Shown here in pieces: positions 25,753 through 39,077 of a stretch of DNA of 64,000 bases (its first letter is position 1; the number at the start of each line of letters is the position of its first letter). The stretch comes from Squalus acanthias (taxonomy: Eukaryota). The notes beneath the pieces are model-generated. The model searched no databases. It saw only the letters and a list, made by a program, of their open reading frames with translations, and was not told the origin of the DNA. The position numbers and the translations under genes are program-made. Where the stretch lies: positions 67,828,001 through 67,892,000 of the forward strand of contig CM059430.1 in assembly GCA_030390025.1 (NCBI GenBank), written 5' to 3'.

Positions 25753-26702
25753 GATACTTGGATAATACCATGGGCTTTTGAAGCTATGCTGCCAGGGAGA
25801 ACTAAAGCCAACTGTCTCTCAATTGAAATTGTTAGCATTGAATCATTCAGATACAAATTATATTTATTTCAAAAAATAACATTTTGCGATACAGTATATG
25901 ATTAATTTGAGACAGGTTCTGTTGTAAGTGTCGCATGCCTGGGAGAAACAGGAGACTTTGGCACTTTGGTTCCCAAAGCTCTCTACCTTTGGGGTTTTCC
26001 TCACGTCATGTATAAGCCTGCAGTAAACTAATTGATAGAGACTGTTTGCCGTGAATCATGTATCATGCGACAACCAGGATGGTAGAAGGGGAGCTGTGAT
26101 AATTTTTCGTCCAGCAATTCCTACGTTCCTATGTAAATAACCAATTAACTTATAGGGCTACCATCTAATACAGTTATCTTCCTATCAATTAAATGAAGTT
26201 ACATATAACATTTCAGTTTTGCTTTTATTTCATATATCCTGCCGGGCGATGCAAGTTATTATGTTGGCACTGCACCACATTCAAGCGGACCAAAGTGCTG
26301 CTTCAATGGTGCGCACAGAATTCCACTCCCCGTCAAGCTAAAATTGGTTAACTCGATGATAGTGTAGGTTAAGCACTGGTTCTTTGCCAAAGGTAGAAGA
26401 CGCCAAAAGAAATTCAGAAAGTTCAAAAAATTCACTTTGCTCTACTTGTATTTAAACTACAGCAGGCGCTAATCCAACGCTCTGTGGTTTTAATGAGCAC
26501 CAATGTTGCTTGCTGGAATGTGAAACTCTATTCATTCGGAGACTTGAGGTTTTTGATGTTATAGGATCGTTTCAAACTTCATTTACAACTTATTTTGGTC
26601 TTGGTAAAGAGCAGAATAACCAATATAATATTTGCTAATATTGAACCAAGATTTAGAGACAGGTGAACTGATCTTTTCCAATACGGGCAGTCAGGCACAT
26701 GT

Positions 26703-27500
26703 TTTTTTTAATTATTCGATCATGGGATGTGGGCGCCGCTGGCAAGACCAGCATTTATTGCCCATCCCCAGTTGCCTTTGAGAAGGTTCTGGTGAGCAGC
26801 CTTCTTGAAGCGCTGCAGTCCGTGTGCTAAAGGTACTGCCACAGTACTGTTAGGGAGGGAGTTTGGCCCAGTGACGATGAATGACCGTCGAAATACTTCC
26901 AAGTCAGCATGGTGTGTGACTTGGAGGGAAACTTGGAGGTGTTGGTGTTCCCAAGCGCCTGCTGCCCTTGTCCTTCTAGGTGTTAGAGCTCGTGGGTTTG
27001 GGAGGTGCTACCGACGAAGCCTTGGTGAGTTGCTGCAGTGCATCTTGTAGATGGTATATACTGCAGCCACGGTACGCCGGTGGTGGAGGTAATGCATGTT
27101 TAAAGTGGTGGGTGGGATGCCAATCAAGTGGGCTGCATTGTCTTGGATGGTGTCGAGCTTCTTGAGTGTTGTTGGAGCTGCACTCATCCAAGCAAGTGGA
27201 GAGTATTCCATCACACTCCTGACTTGTGCCTTGTAGATGGTTAAAAGTCTTTGGGGAGTCAGAAGGTGAGACACTCGCTGCAGAATGCCCAGCCTCTGAC
27301 CTGCTCTTTTTGCCACAGTATTTAGGTGGCTGATCCAGTTACGTTTCTGGTGAATGGTGACCCCCAGGATGTTGATGGTGGTGGATTCGGCGATGGCAAT
27401 GCCGTTGAATGTCAAGGGGCGGTGGTTAGACGCTCGTTTGTTGGAGATAGTAATTCCCTGACACTTGTGTGGCACGAATGTTACCTGCCACTTATCAGCC
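26703..27500 (-). mobile_element. Family B non-LTR 3' fragment
   Basis: ORF 27008-27475 (YKAQVRSVMEYSPLAWMSAAPTTLKKLDTIQD) and an A-rich tail at 26703. Confidence 0.88.
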
Positions 27501-27787
27501 CATTCAGGACACTCAGGACAATCTCCGCTTTGCCTGACCAGCGAACAGTGTGCAGCTACACTCCTTTAATGCTGCTCGTGGCTTTTAGTCTCAAATATGT
27601 ACCTGCAGTTTAAAAGCGACACGATAGCTCTCATTTTAGTTAAAAGCTTTAGTTCGAGCGAGCGCCATTACAAGTCACCAGTCAGTTGTTTTACTTTGAA
27701 AATTACATTTCAATTTACTTGGCTGTAAATACAGTTTGTTTAACAGCTTTATCTCTTTTTAAAATCTTGTTTCTGTATCACTCACAG

Positions 27788-27823
27788 GTACAGTTAATTC
27801 GGATCAGAATGAATCGGAAACAG
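27788..27823 (+). other. Candidate 36-nt phase 1-1 micro-exon (GTVNSDQNESET)
   Basis: Pyrimidine-rich acceptor ...tcactcacag and consensus donor cag|gtaagt; length is a multiple of 3 and open; parent gene not identified. Confidence 0.4.
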
Positions 27824-30800
27824 GTAAGTTACATGTATACGCTACATACTACTGTTTGAGACTTTCAGATGAGGCAATGTTTAGCTTGTATTCATATTTC
27901 GCCTTCCTGAAAACGTAAGTGCGCTCACAGCCTTTCATAAAACGTCCAGAACAGAAAAACAAAAAGTCCCCAAAATAGGAGTTATGTGCAAACAGTCCAT
28001 TCTTTATGCTTATATCGAATTTGTAATTTTACCACCGATGATTACATTGATTGTACATAAACCGCATCAGACGCACACAAGAGCTAGAGCCACATATAGA
28101 TACTGCAATAAGATAAGATTCCTCCCAATTTAAATAAGGTGTGCATATTAGATTCCTGGCCCATTATTTTACTGGAGACAGCAACTTCTTTTAAGTAAAT
28201 TGTTTAATGTCTGTATTGAAATAACCGATGGAAGAAGTTGCGATTAATTCTTAAGGATTGCTAACCGAATGTCATACTGCATAAATTCAAGGGCCTTATT
28301 CAAGCGTCCGTAAGTAGCTGGGTCTCTAGTTATGCTGTGAGACAGTAGCTTTGGAACACGGAATGCGTTCGTCCAAAATGTCTCTATTTCTTATTTAACC
28401 GGATGCACGATTCCATTTGAAACATAATGGCAAACTCCTCCTCTAAAAGAGGGAAGAGACAAATTACAGATAATACCTAAATTGTTCTCAGGGAGTAACC
28501 TCAGGGCCTATTTGTACAAATCACGTTTATGGATGGGTTGGATTTGAGAAAGGTTATTACCCTGTTTCGAAGAGTTTTATGTGGCAGTAATGGTCGAACA
28601 TCAGATAAAACTAGAATCCTGTACTTGCTTACATGGCTGAAAGCGCATTTAATCACTTAACCCTAATTATATCGAATTGAAATATTGGACAGGAAGTCAA
28701 CTGTGAGTTCTCAACTACACTGCAAGGTCAAACATCTCTCGTTCCCACTGGAGATATTCCTTTTCATTCTGCTGTCCATTTAGCAGCTGGAGAAATTTCA
28801 GGGAGGTAAAAAAAATCGATTTATAAAGGAAAAATTATCAACCTGCATTTGCATTCTTGATCTTTACCCTTTGCTATTAAGTGCTCCTGAGCGGATACCG
28901 AGAGGGGACAGGATGGGTTTCAGCTATGCTGAACCTCACAATCGAAAAGCCTACCGCCACACAAGGCCACTTGGGTGAGGTTGTAGACGGAAGCCGGCAG
29001 CCGTGGGTTTATACCCAAAGATAATTCAACACCTTCGGAGAGCAGGGCAGGACACTGAAGGGTTAAACGTCAGAATGAAATGTCTGAAGACTACTAGCAA
29101 CAAATTTAAATATGTTTTATCGCTGACGAGGTGAAAAGACTGGCAGAAAATTGGATTGTTTACTGAATTGCTGGTAGGCACATGCTAAATACCCACTGGA
29201 AAATGCAGTCGAAAATTATATATTGCCAAACAGCAATTATAACTTTCGTAGAAATTGCGAGAATGTAACGCGGTAATATCTATTACACAACTTTCAATTA
29301 AATATCTTTTTGTCATGTAATTAAATAAAGAGTAGATATGTATCTGGGATAGCAATGTATTTATTAAAACGCATTTCATTGGATACGCAGGATCCTGCTT
29401 GGGATTAAACCAAAGAATGAAAACAAGGAGCGGTAGAATGATGACGATTTCTACACTGTGTTTTTTTTATATACAGTCCATGTAATGGGCAACTCATGAG
29501 GAGTGAACTTGTGCGGGTGCCTCTGAAATTTAACTGAACATCTCAAAGACATTTAAGTGTGTACCTCGGTGACGCATAGAATCAGAAGCAGTAAAACAAA
29601 GATTGTATACACGGCAAAAGTATATTGTCACTTAAGATACATATTTAAATGATATTTTATTTAGTTGTTATTTTATTGCTCCGCCGATGTTTCACGTCGC
29701 ATAATATCGCTTATTTATTGCTCTGCATATGTTTTTTAAATGATTCGTTATGGACTTGAAATGAATCGTACACGGAAATAGCTAAGATTGGTACAGTTGG
29801 TCATTGTTGTGTCTCTCTGTGCTTTCTTTATTTTCCAATTGAGCTTCTAGGTTAAGTCTCATTGCAAGTTCACCATAATGACATGTCTCATCGTGTGTTG
29901 TCTCCATCACAGCACCTTACCTATCTTACCAACAACAGAGATGCCTCAATGAAAAGGAGCGCCTTGAACTAATTCATGTCAATCTTAGTGTCTTCTTAAA
30001 ATTGATTAATTGTTGAAAAATAAAGTATATGCTTACATATTTATCCCAGCCCGTTAAACCATTTCCAAAAATCCCGGCACTGTCCAACACCCCGACATAA
30101 TGTATACCATTTACTAACTGGACTAGTTTCGAGCGATCGATACTGAGAGGTGTCTCAGGCCTTAACTTTATATTTGGTCCTGGGAATTACGTTAGGACCG
30201 CTTTCAAAATTGCGTACATGCATGGAAAATAAAAATCATAAATTAGAAAGTAACCTGATTGAAAAAATGACAGGTTATAACAAAAAGTTTAAACGGTATA
30301 AATAATATATAAGAAAATAGAAATAGCCGGGGTGGTAATTCGTTACTCAAACAAAGCAAGCTAGTTTGATCTTTCACTGCTAGCGTTAGACCAATCATTG
30401 TTGTTCTTTTGATTTGAATGTTGCAATATGAGCAAGCGAACTTGCACAATAATGTGTTAAATTTATCTCCTTCAACCTGTTGCAGTCACTGGGCGAATGT
30501 TTCGCAATGTGATGAATACAGCTGTGCGGCGGCGATAGGCTGTTTACGGTCTTTCAATTTAACCAGATACTCGAAATATTTCTGCTCAGGAAGCTTCCGT
30601 TGCATTAGTGCAGGTGTTAATATTCAGCCACGCAGTAAACCTCATCACCAAAATATACCGCATATAATACACCATGCACTATTTATATATGAATGTGCTG
30701 TATGTCAAATGGTAATAATCGCAATAAAATAAATAGGTGAATTGGGATTGATCTGCGGTTTTGCAAGCAAGCACTTTCCCAAGAGAAAATATAATCACAG

Positions 30801-30869
30801 CCTTATGACTCGGGATTGTGTGACCCACAGAAGAGTAACCTGCTGTTTTCTGAAGGAGGAAATGCAATG

Positions 30870-31270
30870 GGTACGGTAGTGTAGTGGTTATGTTACTGGA
30901 CTTGTAACCCAGCGAGCGTGAGTTAAAATTTCGAAATAGCAGTTTGAGAATTTTAATTCAGTTTGAAAATAAAAAGCATGATAATCAAAAAATGTTTCAG
31001 ATAAATCTCTTTATGGATGTGATTGAAGTAGTAAAAATCTGGTAGCAGTAAAATTGACAATCAAGCGGTTTACTATTGACTGACGATCAACTAACGGCTC
31101 ATTCCTTTAGGCAAGCAAAACTGGCACCCGGCCTATATCTGTCTCCAGTCTCGCACCAATGTCGTTCACTCTGAACCGTACTCTGAAAAGGCCTAGGAAG
31201 ACATCCAGTTGTAAAAAAAAACCTTCAATGAGAGGGCCCGGCACCATCACTTTCTCATGTGAAAGGGATG
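30870..31270 (+). mobile_element. tRNA-derived SINE, decayed
   Basis: A-box-like head ggtagtgtagtggttatgttactggac; 3' end resembles the family B tail (caccatcactttctca). Confidence 0.45.
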
Positions 31271-31469
31271 AGCCCAAAACCACTTAGAAAATATAGATGG
31301 AAAACTAACTCTTTAAAGGCGACAAATCACTTATATTTAAACTAGTTTACCTGCTTTCAAAAATGCAGAAGCAGATTTAAAACAATGTTGCCTACTTTCC
31401 TGCCCATTCCTCTTCTGCTCTTGAAAGTGAATCAGATAAGCGTCCATTTGCACAATTAGCCCCCCTGTA

Positions 31470-34400
31470 CCATTCACCGAAGGAGGCCATTCGACCCGTC
31501 CTTCATGTGCTGGCTCTTTGAAAAAGCATGCGTGCTTAGTCCCACATCCCTGCTTTATCTCCGTAACAATGTAAGTTCCTCATCCTCAAGTACCTGCCAA
31601 CAACCTTTAAAAATTATTTATGGAATCGGCTTCCCCCATTTTTGAGTGAAAATAAACTCCTCCTCGCCCCTCTGGATCTTTTGTCAATGAATTTTAAACT
31701 ATGGCCTGTGGTTATTGCACCCCTCCCCAGAGGGAATAGTTTTTCTCTCATCTATCAAAACCTCTCATCATCATGAAAACCTCTATTAGGTCAACTCTTC
31801 ACCTTCTCTGTTCCAAGGAGAATAGTTCTACCTTTTCCAACTTCTCCTCATAACTGAAGTCCCTGATAATATCCTAGTAAATCTCCTCCGTATCCTTTCT
31901 AAGACCTTTACATCTTTCAGGAACCGTGGTGCACAGAATTATCCACAATACTCCAGCTGAGGCCTAAGCAGTGATTATATAGTTCTAGCATGATCTCTTT
32001 GCTTTTTATATTTTATTCCTCTATTTATAAACATAGAAACATAGAATCTAGGAGCAGGAGTAGGCCATTCGGCCCGACGAGCCTGCTCCACCATTCAATA
32101 TGATCATGGCTGATCATCCAAATCCAGCACCCTGTCCCTGCTTTAATCCCCACAGTACACATATCCCACCCTACCCCCGTAACCCCACGTATTTAATTCC
32201 CCCTAACATATCCCATCCTATCCCCATAACCCCACATATTTAATCCCCCCCTAACACTAAGGGTCAATTTTATCATAGCCGTATCAACCTAACCCGCGCA
32301 TTTTTGGACTGTGGGAGGAAACCGGAGCACCCGGAAGAAACCCACGCAGACACGGGGAGAATGTGCAAATTCCACACAGACAGTCACCCGAGGTCAGATT
32401 CGAACCCGGGTCCCTGGCGCTGTGAGGCACCAGTGCTAACCACTATGCCACCGTGTTGCCCTGTAAACCCAAGTAACCCATATGATTTTTTAACCATCTT
32501 ATCAAGTTGCCCTGCATCTTTTAAGGATTTGTGTATAAGGACACCAAGGTCTCTCTGCTTAACTACACTTCTCAAAATCGTGCAGTTTTCAGTACACTGT
32601 CATTTCATATAAGTCCTCCCAAAGTGCATCACTTCACATTTCGCTGCATTGAACTCCATCTACCATGATTCTTCCAATTTCACCATCCTATCTATGTCAT
32701 CTCGAAGCCTATAACAATGCTCATCACTATATACTACTTTACCAACTTCCGCATCATCTGCAAACATTAGAATTCTCCTCCCTATAGCCGAGTCTAGGTC
32801 GTTTGTAAGAATTGAAAGGAGTAATGGACACAAAACTGATCCTTGGGGAACACCACTGCAAATCACCTCCAAGTCAGAAAACATCTATCCACCACTGACC
32901 TTTGCTTCCTGTCACTGAGCAAATTTTGTATCCATACCGCCACTTTACCCTTAGTTCCATGGGCTTCCTTCTTCTTACTAAGCCTCCTGTGCGCAATGTA
33001 TCCAATACCTTCCGAAAGTCCATTCATACAACAACAACTGCACTACCTTGATCAACCTTCTCTGTTACCAAATCAAAGAATTCAATCAAGTTAGTCAGAC
33101 AAAATTTGCCTTTAACAAATCTATGCTGACTCTGCTTGATTAACCCATGCCTTTCCAAATGAAAGTTTATTTTGTCCCTGATAATGATTTCTCATAACTT
33201 CTCCAATACCGATGTTAGGCTGACTGTCCTGTAGTTTCCTGGTTTATCCCTCTCTCCTAACTTGAATAGAGGTATAACATGAGCAGCCCTCCAGTCCTCC
33301 GGCACTACTCCTGTATCCAATGAAAATTGAATGATTTTGACCAATGCCTCTGCTATTTCTACCTTTGCTTCTTTCAGCAACTTAGGATGCATTCCTTCTT
33401 TCTTTGTGAAGACAGATGCAAAGTATTCATTTAATAGTTTAGCAATGTCCTCTGCCTCGATATGACGATTTCCCTTTGGCCCATTAATAGCCCAACTTTG
33501 TCGCTAGCTAACGACTTACGCATTTTATGCTTATAACATGTTTTAGGGTTCATTTTAATATTGCTTGCTAATTTTTTCTCATAACCTCTCTTTGCCTCCC
33601 GAATTAACTTTTTCAATTTCCTCCTGTACTTTCCATAATCCTCCTGGTTAATAATTGAATTTGCTCCTGAAATTTGTCATAAACTCCTTTTTCTGTTTTA
33701 TTTTAACTTGTGTTTCCTTTGTCATCCACGGTGCATTACCTTTGGATGCGCTACCTTTGCCCTTCAAAGGAATAGGCTTAGTTTGCACCTGTACTATCTC
33801 GTCCCTGTATGTGTTCCATTGCTCCGTTACGGCTTTACCCTACAATCGCCTTTTACAATCTATCTGTGCTAGGTCCCTCCTTAAATCACTGAAATTAGCT
33901 CTTCCCCAGTTGAGCACTTTTGCCTTCGATATTTATGGTGTCTTCCCATGTTTATTTTAAACCGAATTAAGTTGTGGTCACTTTTAGCTAGACGATCTCC
34001 GACGGTAACACGCACCACTTGCCCTACTTCATTTCCCAGAACCAGATCCAACACTGCTTCCTTCCTTGTTGGACTGGAGACATAGTGATCGAGAAAGTTC
34101 TCCTGTTACATATCAGAAATTACTCTCCTTCCCTACCCTCAGCACTATGTTTTCCCCAGTCTATATTAGGACAATTAAAGTCTCCTAATATTATTACTCT
34201 ATTTTTGTTAAACGCCTTTGAAATTAGCCAACAAATATGCTCATCTATCACCTTCGCAATGTTTGGAGCTCTATAAAATAAGCTTCCAACAGTGTAACAG
34301 CTCCCCCTCTGTTCCTCAACTCAAGCCAAATAAATTCAGTCGTAGATCATCCAGTGTGTACTTTCGACTTAGAACTGTAACATCATCTTTAATCAATGCT

Positions 34401-34580
34401 GCCACGCACCCTGCTCTTTATCCTTCTCTATCATTCCCGAATACTTAGGAACCAGGAATATTAAGAACCAATTCCTGGCCTTGTTTTAGCCAGGTCTGTA
34501 TTAATGCAACCACGTCATAATCCGATGCAGCAATTTGTGCCTGCAGCTCAACAACCTTATTAATTACACTGCGGATATTG
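31470..34580 (-). mobile_element. Decayed CR1 ORF2 (endonuclease to 3' tail)
   Basis: Minus-strand HPKLLKE..VPEDWR..PGNYRTVSLTSV, SGVPQGSVL and MFADD fragments. Confidence 0.88.
32031..32461 (-). mobile_element. HE1-type V-SINE nested in CR1
   Basis: tRNA-derived head (ggtggcatagtggttagcact...gggttcgaatc), V-domain core gtgtctgcgtgggtttcttccgggtgctccggtttcctcccacagtccaaa, CR1-derived 3' tail; taaac repeated at both ends; internal ~47-bp tandem repeat at 32140-32255. Confidence 0.88.
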
Positions 34581-35519
34581 GCCTACCTACAAAACTTCAT
34601 TTCAGTTGGCTGCTTCAGATATGGATGACAACCCAAGCCTAATTGATTAATATTCTGTCCAGTGCAGGGGCACTTAGCTCAATCATGCCACCACTGTAAC
34701 AGTTGTCTCTGAGGTTAGCTAATACAGAAGACTCCAAGGACGATGGCTTCAAGAAATAAGCGAACAGGTCATGGTAAGCAACCATACTATCTGCAACAAT
34801 ACAGATATATAGTGAATGGATTTAGCGGCAGCATGAATGTTCACTGAACTTACATATTTAAACCAAACTAACACCGGAGTATTTGATCGGAGGTTGATGC
34901 TAATGGGGTACTCATAGGTTATGGTAGGCACTGCAATAATGTAATAGAGACATGAGCACAGCACTTGTGAATTCAGGTGGATCTGGGAGCTATGATCGGG
35001 CAACAGGATGAGGGGATTCTCTATAACACACAAAAAACTATAGTCCACACAATCTGCCGTTCCACTTTCACTCCTGTTTTCTCATTTGTTAGTTTCAACG
35101 TTCATAGGAAATAAGACCAGAAGATTAATAGGGATGAGGTAGGCCAGTCAGTTCATCCGACAGTTCACCATCAAAGCTGAAGTCAACCGTTTTGTTACAT
35201 TTGCACAACCGTGGATTAGACAAATAGGCTCCTCTTATTTACAGCAGAATGTGAGTCGATGGATTTGACATATGCATTTAAGCTAATTAACATGGCGAAC
35301 TCGATTGGTTCGCGTAATGGCGCACGGGCATTCAATGTACAGACATAATTGTTTTTTACACTGATCAGGGTTTGCTGTAGGAATAGGCGGAACAAAATAA
35401 ACCAGTACAATCAGCAACGCTTTATCACCACAAGAACAAGAAAGAAGCACTCACAGTGCAGAGTTTTCTCCGCGTTTCCGCCAAGAGAGAAGTCCAATCT
35501 GGAGGCAAACAAGTTACAT

Positions 35520-35800
35520 GGCTTTAAAGATGGCGCATTTTTACGTAAGTGAGTTGCACGTGTAACTACAATGCAGCAACGTATCATATATATTTTAAGT
35601 TGGTGAATTAAACCCTGAGTCACCACGACTCTCCGCCCACAATGCAATCTGAACAAAGGAAATATATCAATTGAAATTGTACGTTTAGGCACGTGATATT
35701 ACACGCCACTCTAGATCACGTGCAAACCCCTGGCTTCCAAAGCCCCAGGAGCTTGGTGGTTCCTTGCAGCTTCTGGCCAGTCTAATGTTCGTTGCTCAGA
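35520..35800 (+). promoter_or_regulatory. Putative promoter of the IgSF gene
   Basis: Non-repetitive CpG-retaining stretch just upstream of the ATG: three CACGTG E-boxes (35557, 35690, 35717), TGAGTCA AP-1 site (35616), GC box (35633), YY1-like AAGATGGCG (35527). Motif presence only. Confidence 0.4.
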
Positions 35801-35855
35801 ATGGCGGTGAGCTCCGCGCTTTTCTGCATATCTTTGGTGTGAGTTCTTTACAGAG
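35801..35855 (+). pseudogene. Signal-peptide exon with premature stop
   Basis: MAVSSALFCISLV*VLYR; TGA at 35840-35842; phase 1 donor ag|gtgtgt at 35855/6. Confidence 0.72.
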
Positions 35856-36068
35856 GTGTGTTTGTTTATCTTACCTCTCCATGCTTATCGAAAAAAGCTA
35901 ATGTAAACAAAATTCGTCATTTTTTGTGCACATTTCTTTCTTCCGTTTTTCACATTGTGCTATTAATGTGGTTAATTTTCTTGTTTTTTTATTTCTAAGT
36001 CATAATATTTGTTCTTTTTCTAAAGTATGCAAACTATTATGTCAGCATTCTTGTTTATTTCCTGATAG

Positions 36069-36373
36069 CCGCTGAAGTAACTTCGATCAAAGTGGATCAA
36101 TTCCCTAAATACATGGAGGTTGCCAGCGGTACAAATGTTTCCATGTTCTGCGCATTTTCAATATTTCAAGATGCTTCTGATATTTATTGGTGGAGACGGG
36201 GCGAGGAGAAGTTTGTGGAGCTAGACAGCAGAAAGCAATTTGATGTAAAAAAGGGAAGTGGGTCATTTAATGTCCTGCATGCGAGTGTCGCCGACTCCGG
36301 AATATGTTACTGTAAAGTAATACATCACAAAAATGAATTGGAGATGGAACTGCCTCGCAGCTTACTGTGTACG
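36069..36373 (+). pseudogene. Ig V-set exon with fused J-like G strand; frameshift near 36326-36337
   Basis: IKVDQFP...VSMFC...IYWWRRG...DSGICYCKV; the shifted frame gives IGDGTASQLTVY followed by donor g|gtgagt; exon length is out of phase 1-1 by one base. Confidence 0.9.
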
Positions 36374-38789
36374 GTGAGTGTCATTGTGCCGGGCACTGGG
36401 AGATTCTCAGCAGTGTGCGATATATGTAAAACTTAGTAGTGAGGGTAATTTGAACGTTGACAGTGGCTGGAAAACTGGTGATAGCAAATTCGTTTTACAC
36501 TTCTACCAATTTTCTTTTCCATTCAAACCATGTACAACGGCCCACCAATTCGCTAGCGCCCGGCATGCGCTACTGCACCCGTTTATTGTCCGCATGACAT
36601 TCCAAAGTGCTTTCCATCCATTGAGATCTTTTGGAAGTGCAGTTACAATTGTTATGGAGGCAAGATACTGAAATATTATAAATGTTTAATTCTTGCCTTG
36701 AAATTAAAAACTGGGATTAGATGGCCAAAATCCGTCTCACCAAAATAACGGTGCCAAAGAGCGACAATGGGATCAATTGTAACACCTCCTAGGTCAGGTA
36801 TTTTATGCTTAATTAAAGGCCAGTTACTGCACCCCAACAAGGTGCCTTCATTAAAAACTCAGCAGGTCAATGTCCTGCTACAATCGTGGTTATTGCACAC
36901 ACCAGGGCACATTTTGGCCCCACTGCTTGAAATTGCCAATCAAATATTTTCTGTACAGAATTGTCCAACTTCTGGAATTCGCTCTCCCAAAAGGATGTGG
37001 GACAATTGAAGCTTTCAAGATTGAAATGGATAGATTTTTGTTAGGTGGGGATATCAAGGGATATGGAATTAAGTGGAGAAATGGATTTGAGGTACAAATT
37101 AGCCATCATCTAATTGAATGGCGGAGCAGACTCGAGGGGCTAAATGGCCACCTCCAGTTCCTATGTCCGCGGTTTAGGCTCAGCACTTGCTTCCATTGAG
37201 AACTTTTTTGAGACTGCCAAACTCATTTCACAAAGGAGTCTTATAACCCATTGAGAGGGGAAGTGTTGGTCTTACCCTCAAAGCTGGATTCCACCCCAAG
37301 TCCTAGACCTTGCAGGAGTGTGTAGAAACCCAATGCCCCTGTTTGAACCTCTGTCTTACGCCAATTGGACTTTCTTTCATACACTCACATCCTGTAAAGT
37401 ACGGGCAGATTATCGCCGAAATTGCTATAAACGCCTGGCCTCCCGTGTTTGTAATTCATGATTTCCATTTACACTCTACCAATCCCAGACTGAAGTTACG
37501 GCAGGAGATTAAGTCAACACTTTCATCCTCCTCCTCCACGGAAATTCTACCGCCTTACATATTATGCCTAAACAGATCAGTGGTAAAGGAATGGAGGAAT
37601 TCTGAGCTTTGGTTGGGCAGTCAATACGGTGCTGCTGGGAATAAAGCCTAAAATAATTTTCCAAGTTAATAATGCCCCTGATTTAAAAGTTTGCTGTTAT
37701 TACAAATTCGGGAAAGTAAACATGTAAAGAAAATATGTTAAGCAGATTGTTTGTAATGAACTGACGAAATAATGCAAACATAATAAGGGACTCTACTTCC
37801 AGCTAAACAGTGACTGTAACTCTAGCGGACAAAGGTTCACATTATTAAAAGACGATTGGAGGACTGATATAAACTGAGATTTTGACAGATTATGCGTGGA
37901 ACTGCCGCCAACATCTTCTTCAGGCAAAACGTTTTCAACAGACCGAATAGACTTGGGGAAGGACAAAGCCTCTGGAATTATATAAGACATTCACTCTGAG
38001 TTAGGATATCCTATAGGTTTCCCTCATCTGTATGGATGTTGTGATCTGCACAGAGATACATCATTACCATTATAACCCTTTCATGACATGAAAAATATTC
38101 CAGTCCTCAGTTCGCGCTCTGGGGAAACTACATTTAGTGAAAGCTGCACGATCTGAAATCTCCACCAGACACTGAAATGCTGAGTCAGTATTTGTAATGC
38201 ACGAATATTAATCTTTAGATGTAACAGCATCCTGTCTGCAATCTGTGTAGACATCAGAGATATTTCGATATATTGGTAAGAATTCTTCTTCTCAATATTC
38301 ACCGTTTATATAAAATATGTTTGCAATATATGAAATAGCTAAAAAGCGAACAATTAAAAATTGTTTAAAAAATAAACACACAAAATGTTTAATACTCAAA
38401 AGATTATTAATGAATAATGAGAAGCGATTCCACTGTTCATGCATTCTGGGTTGCGCTCTCTCCGATATAGTCGGTCAGGAACCTTACTCGGGGTCACTGC
38501 TGCAAACCATAATCCCGCGCCAGGATCTGATACTCCATTCAGAACAGTGACCTGTGCCTCCCGCATGTTAGCAGCCCTGGGAGATTCACCCTCTTTGCGT
38601 ACCGTTTCCAATAAATCCCGTCATTTTGCTGTGCGCCTTAAAACAATTTATAAAATAAATGCAAACTCGAAGTTTAAACAACGGCAGCGATGATAACTGT
38701 TGTGACAGTAGGACTGTAACAGCATAACGAGAGTAGGCAAATTAGAATGTGCTCCTTTAAATTGAAATAAAACTTTTTTTCTCTTAAAG

Positions 38790-39077
38790 TTCCCCCAACC
38801 CCCTTGAAAATCGCTCCTGTTGAAGGGATGTCAGCGGCTTCTCTAAAACTTGATTATAAAACGGCTGCCTTTTACCCGGAGCATTTAGAAATCTCCTGGC
38901 GAAGAGATGGTGTCGAAATTGTGACCGGAATAGCAACTGTGAAAAACAGGAGCGCGGAGGGACTGTTTGAAGTTTCCAGCTCGTTGGAAGAAGCACAGAG
39001 CGGAGATGTTTATACATGTCTGGCATCTCATGTCGCTCTTCCGGTGCCCGCCAGTGTCAACTACACCGTTAAGCAAG
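38790..39077 (+). pseudogene. Ig C1-set exon, B-strand Cys replaced by Tyr
   Basis: VPPTPLKI...LKLDYKTAAFYPEHLEISWRRDG...GLFEVSSSL...YTCLASH; FYP, W and YTC..H hallmarks of C1; acceptor ctcttaaag, donor g|gtaata. Confidence 0.92.

Noticed and set aside
32140-32255. CRISPR-like repeat-spacer pattern
   Set aside because: Simple degenerate tandem repeat within a SINE in eukaryotic DNA; no unique spacers or cas genes.
32380-32461. tRNA gene
   Set aside because: It is the tRNA-derived head of a V-SINE; no complete cloverleaf.
36374-36420. Heptamer-like cattgtg after the V exon as a possible RSS
   Set aside because: Wrong orientation for a V segment, no nonamer at 12/23 spacing, and the J-like strand is already fused.
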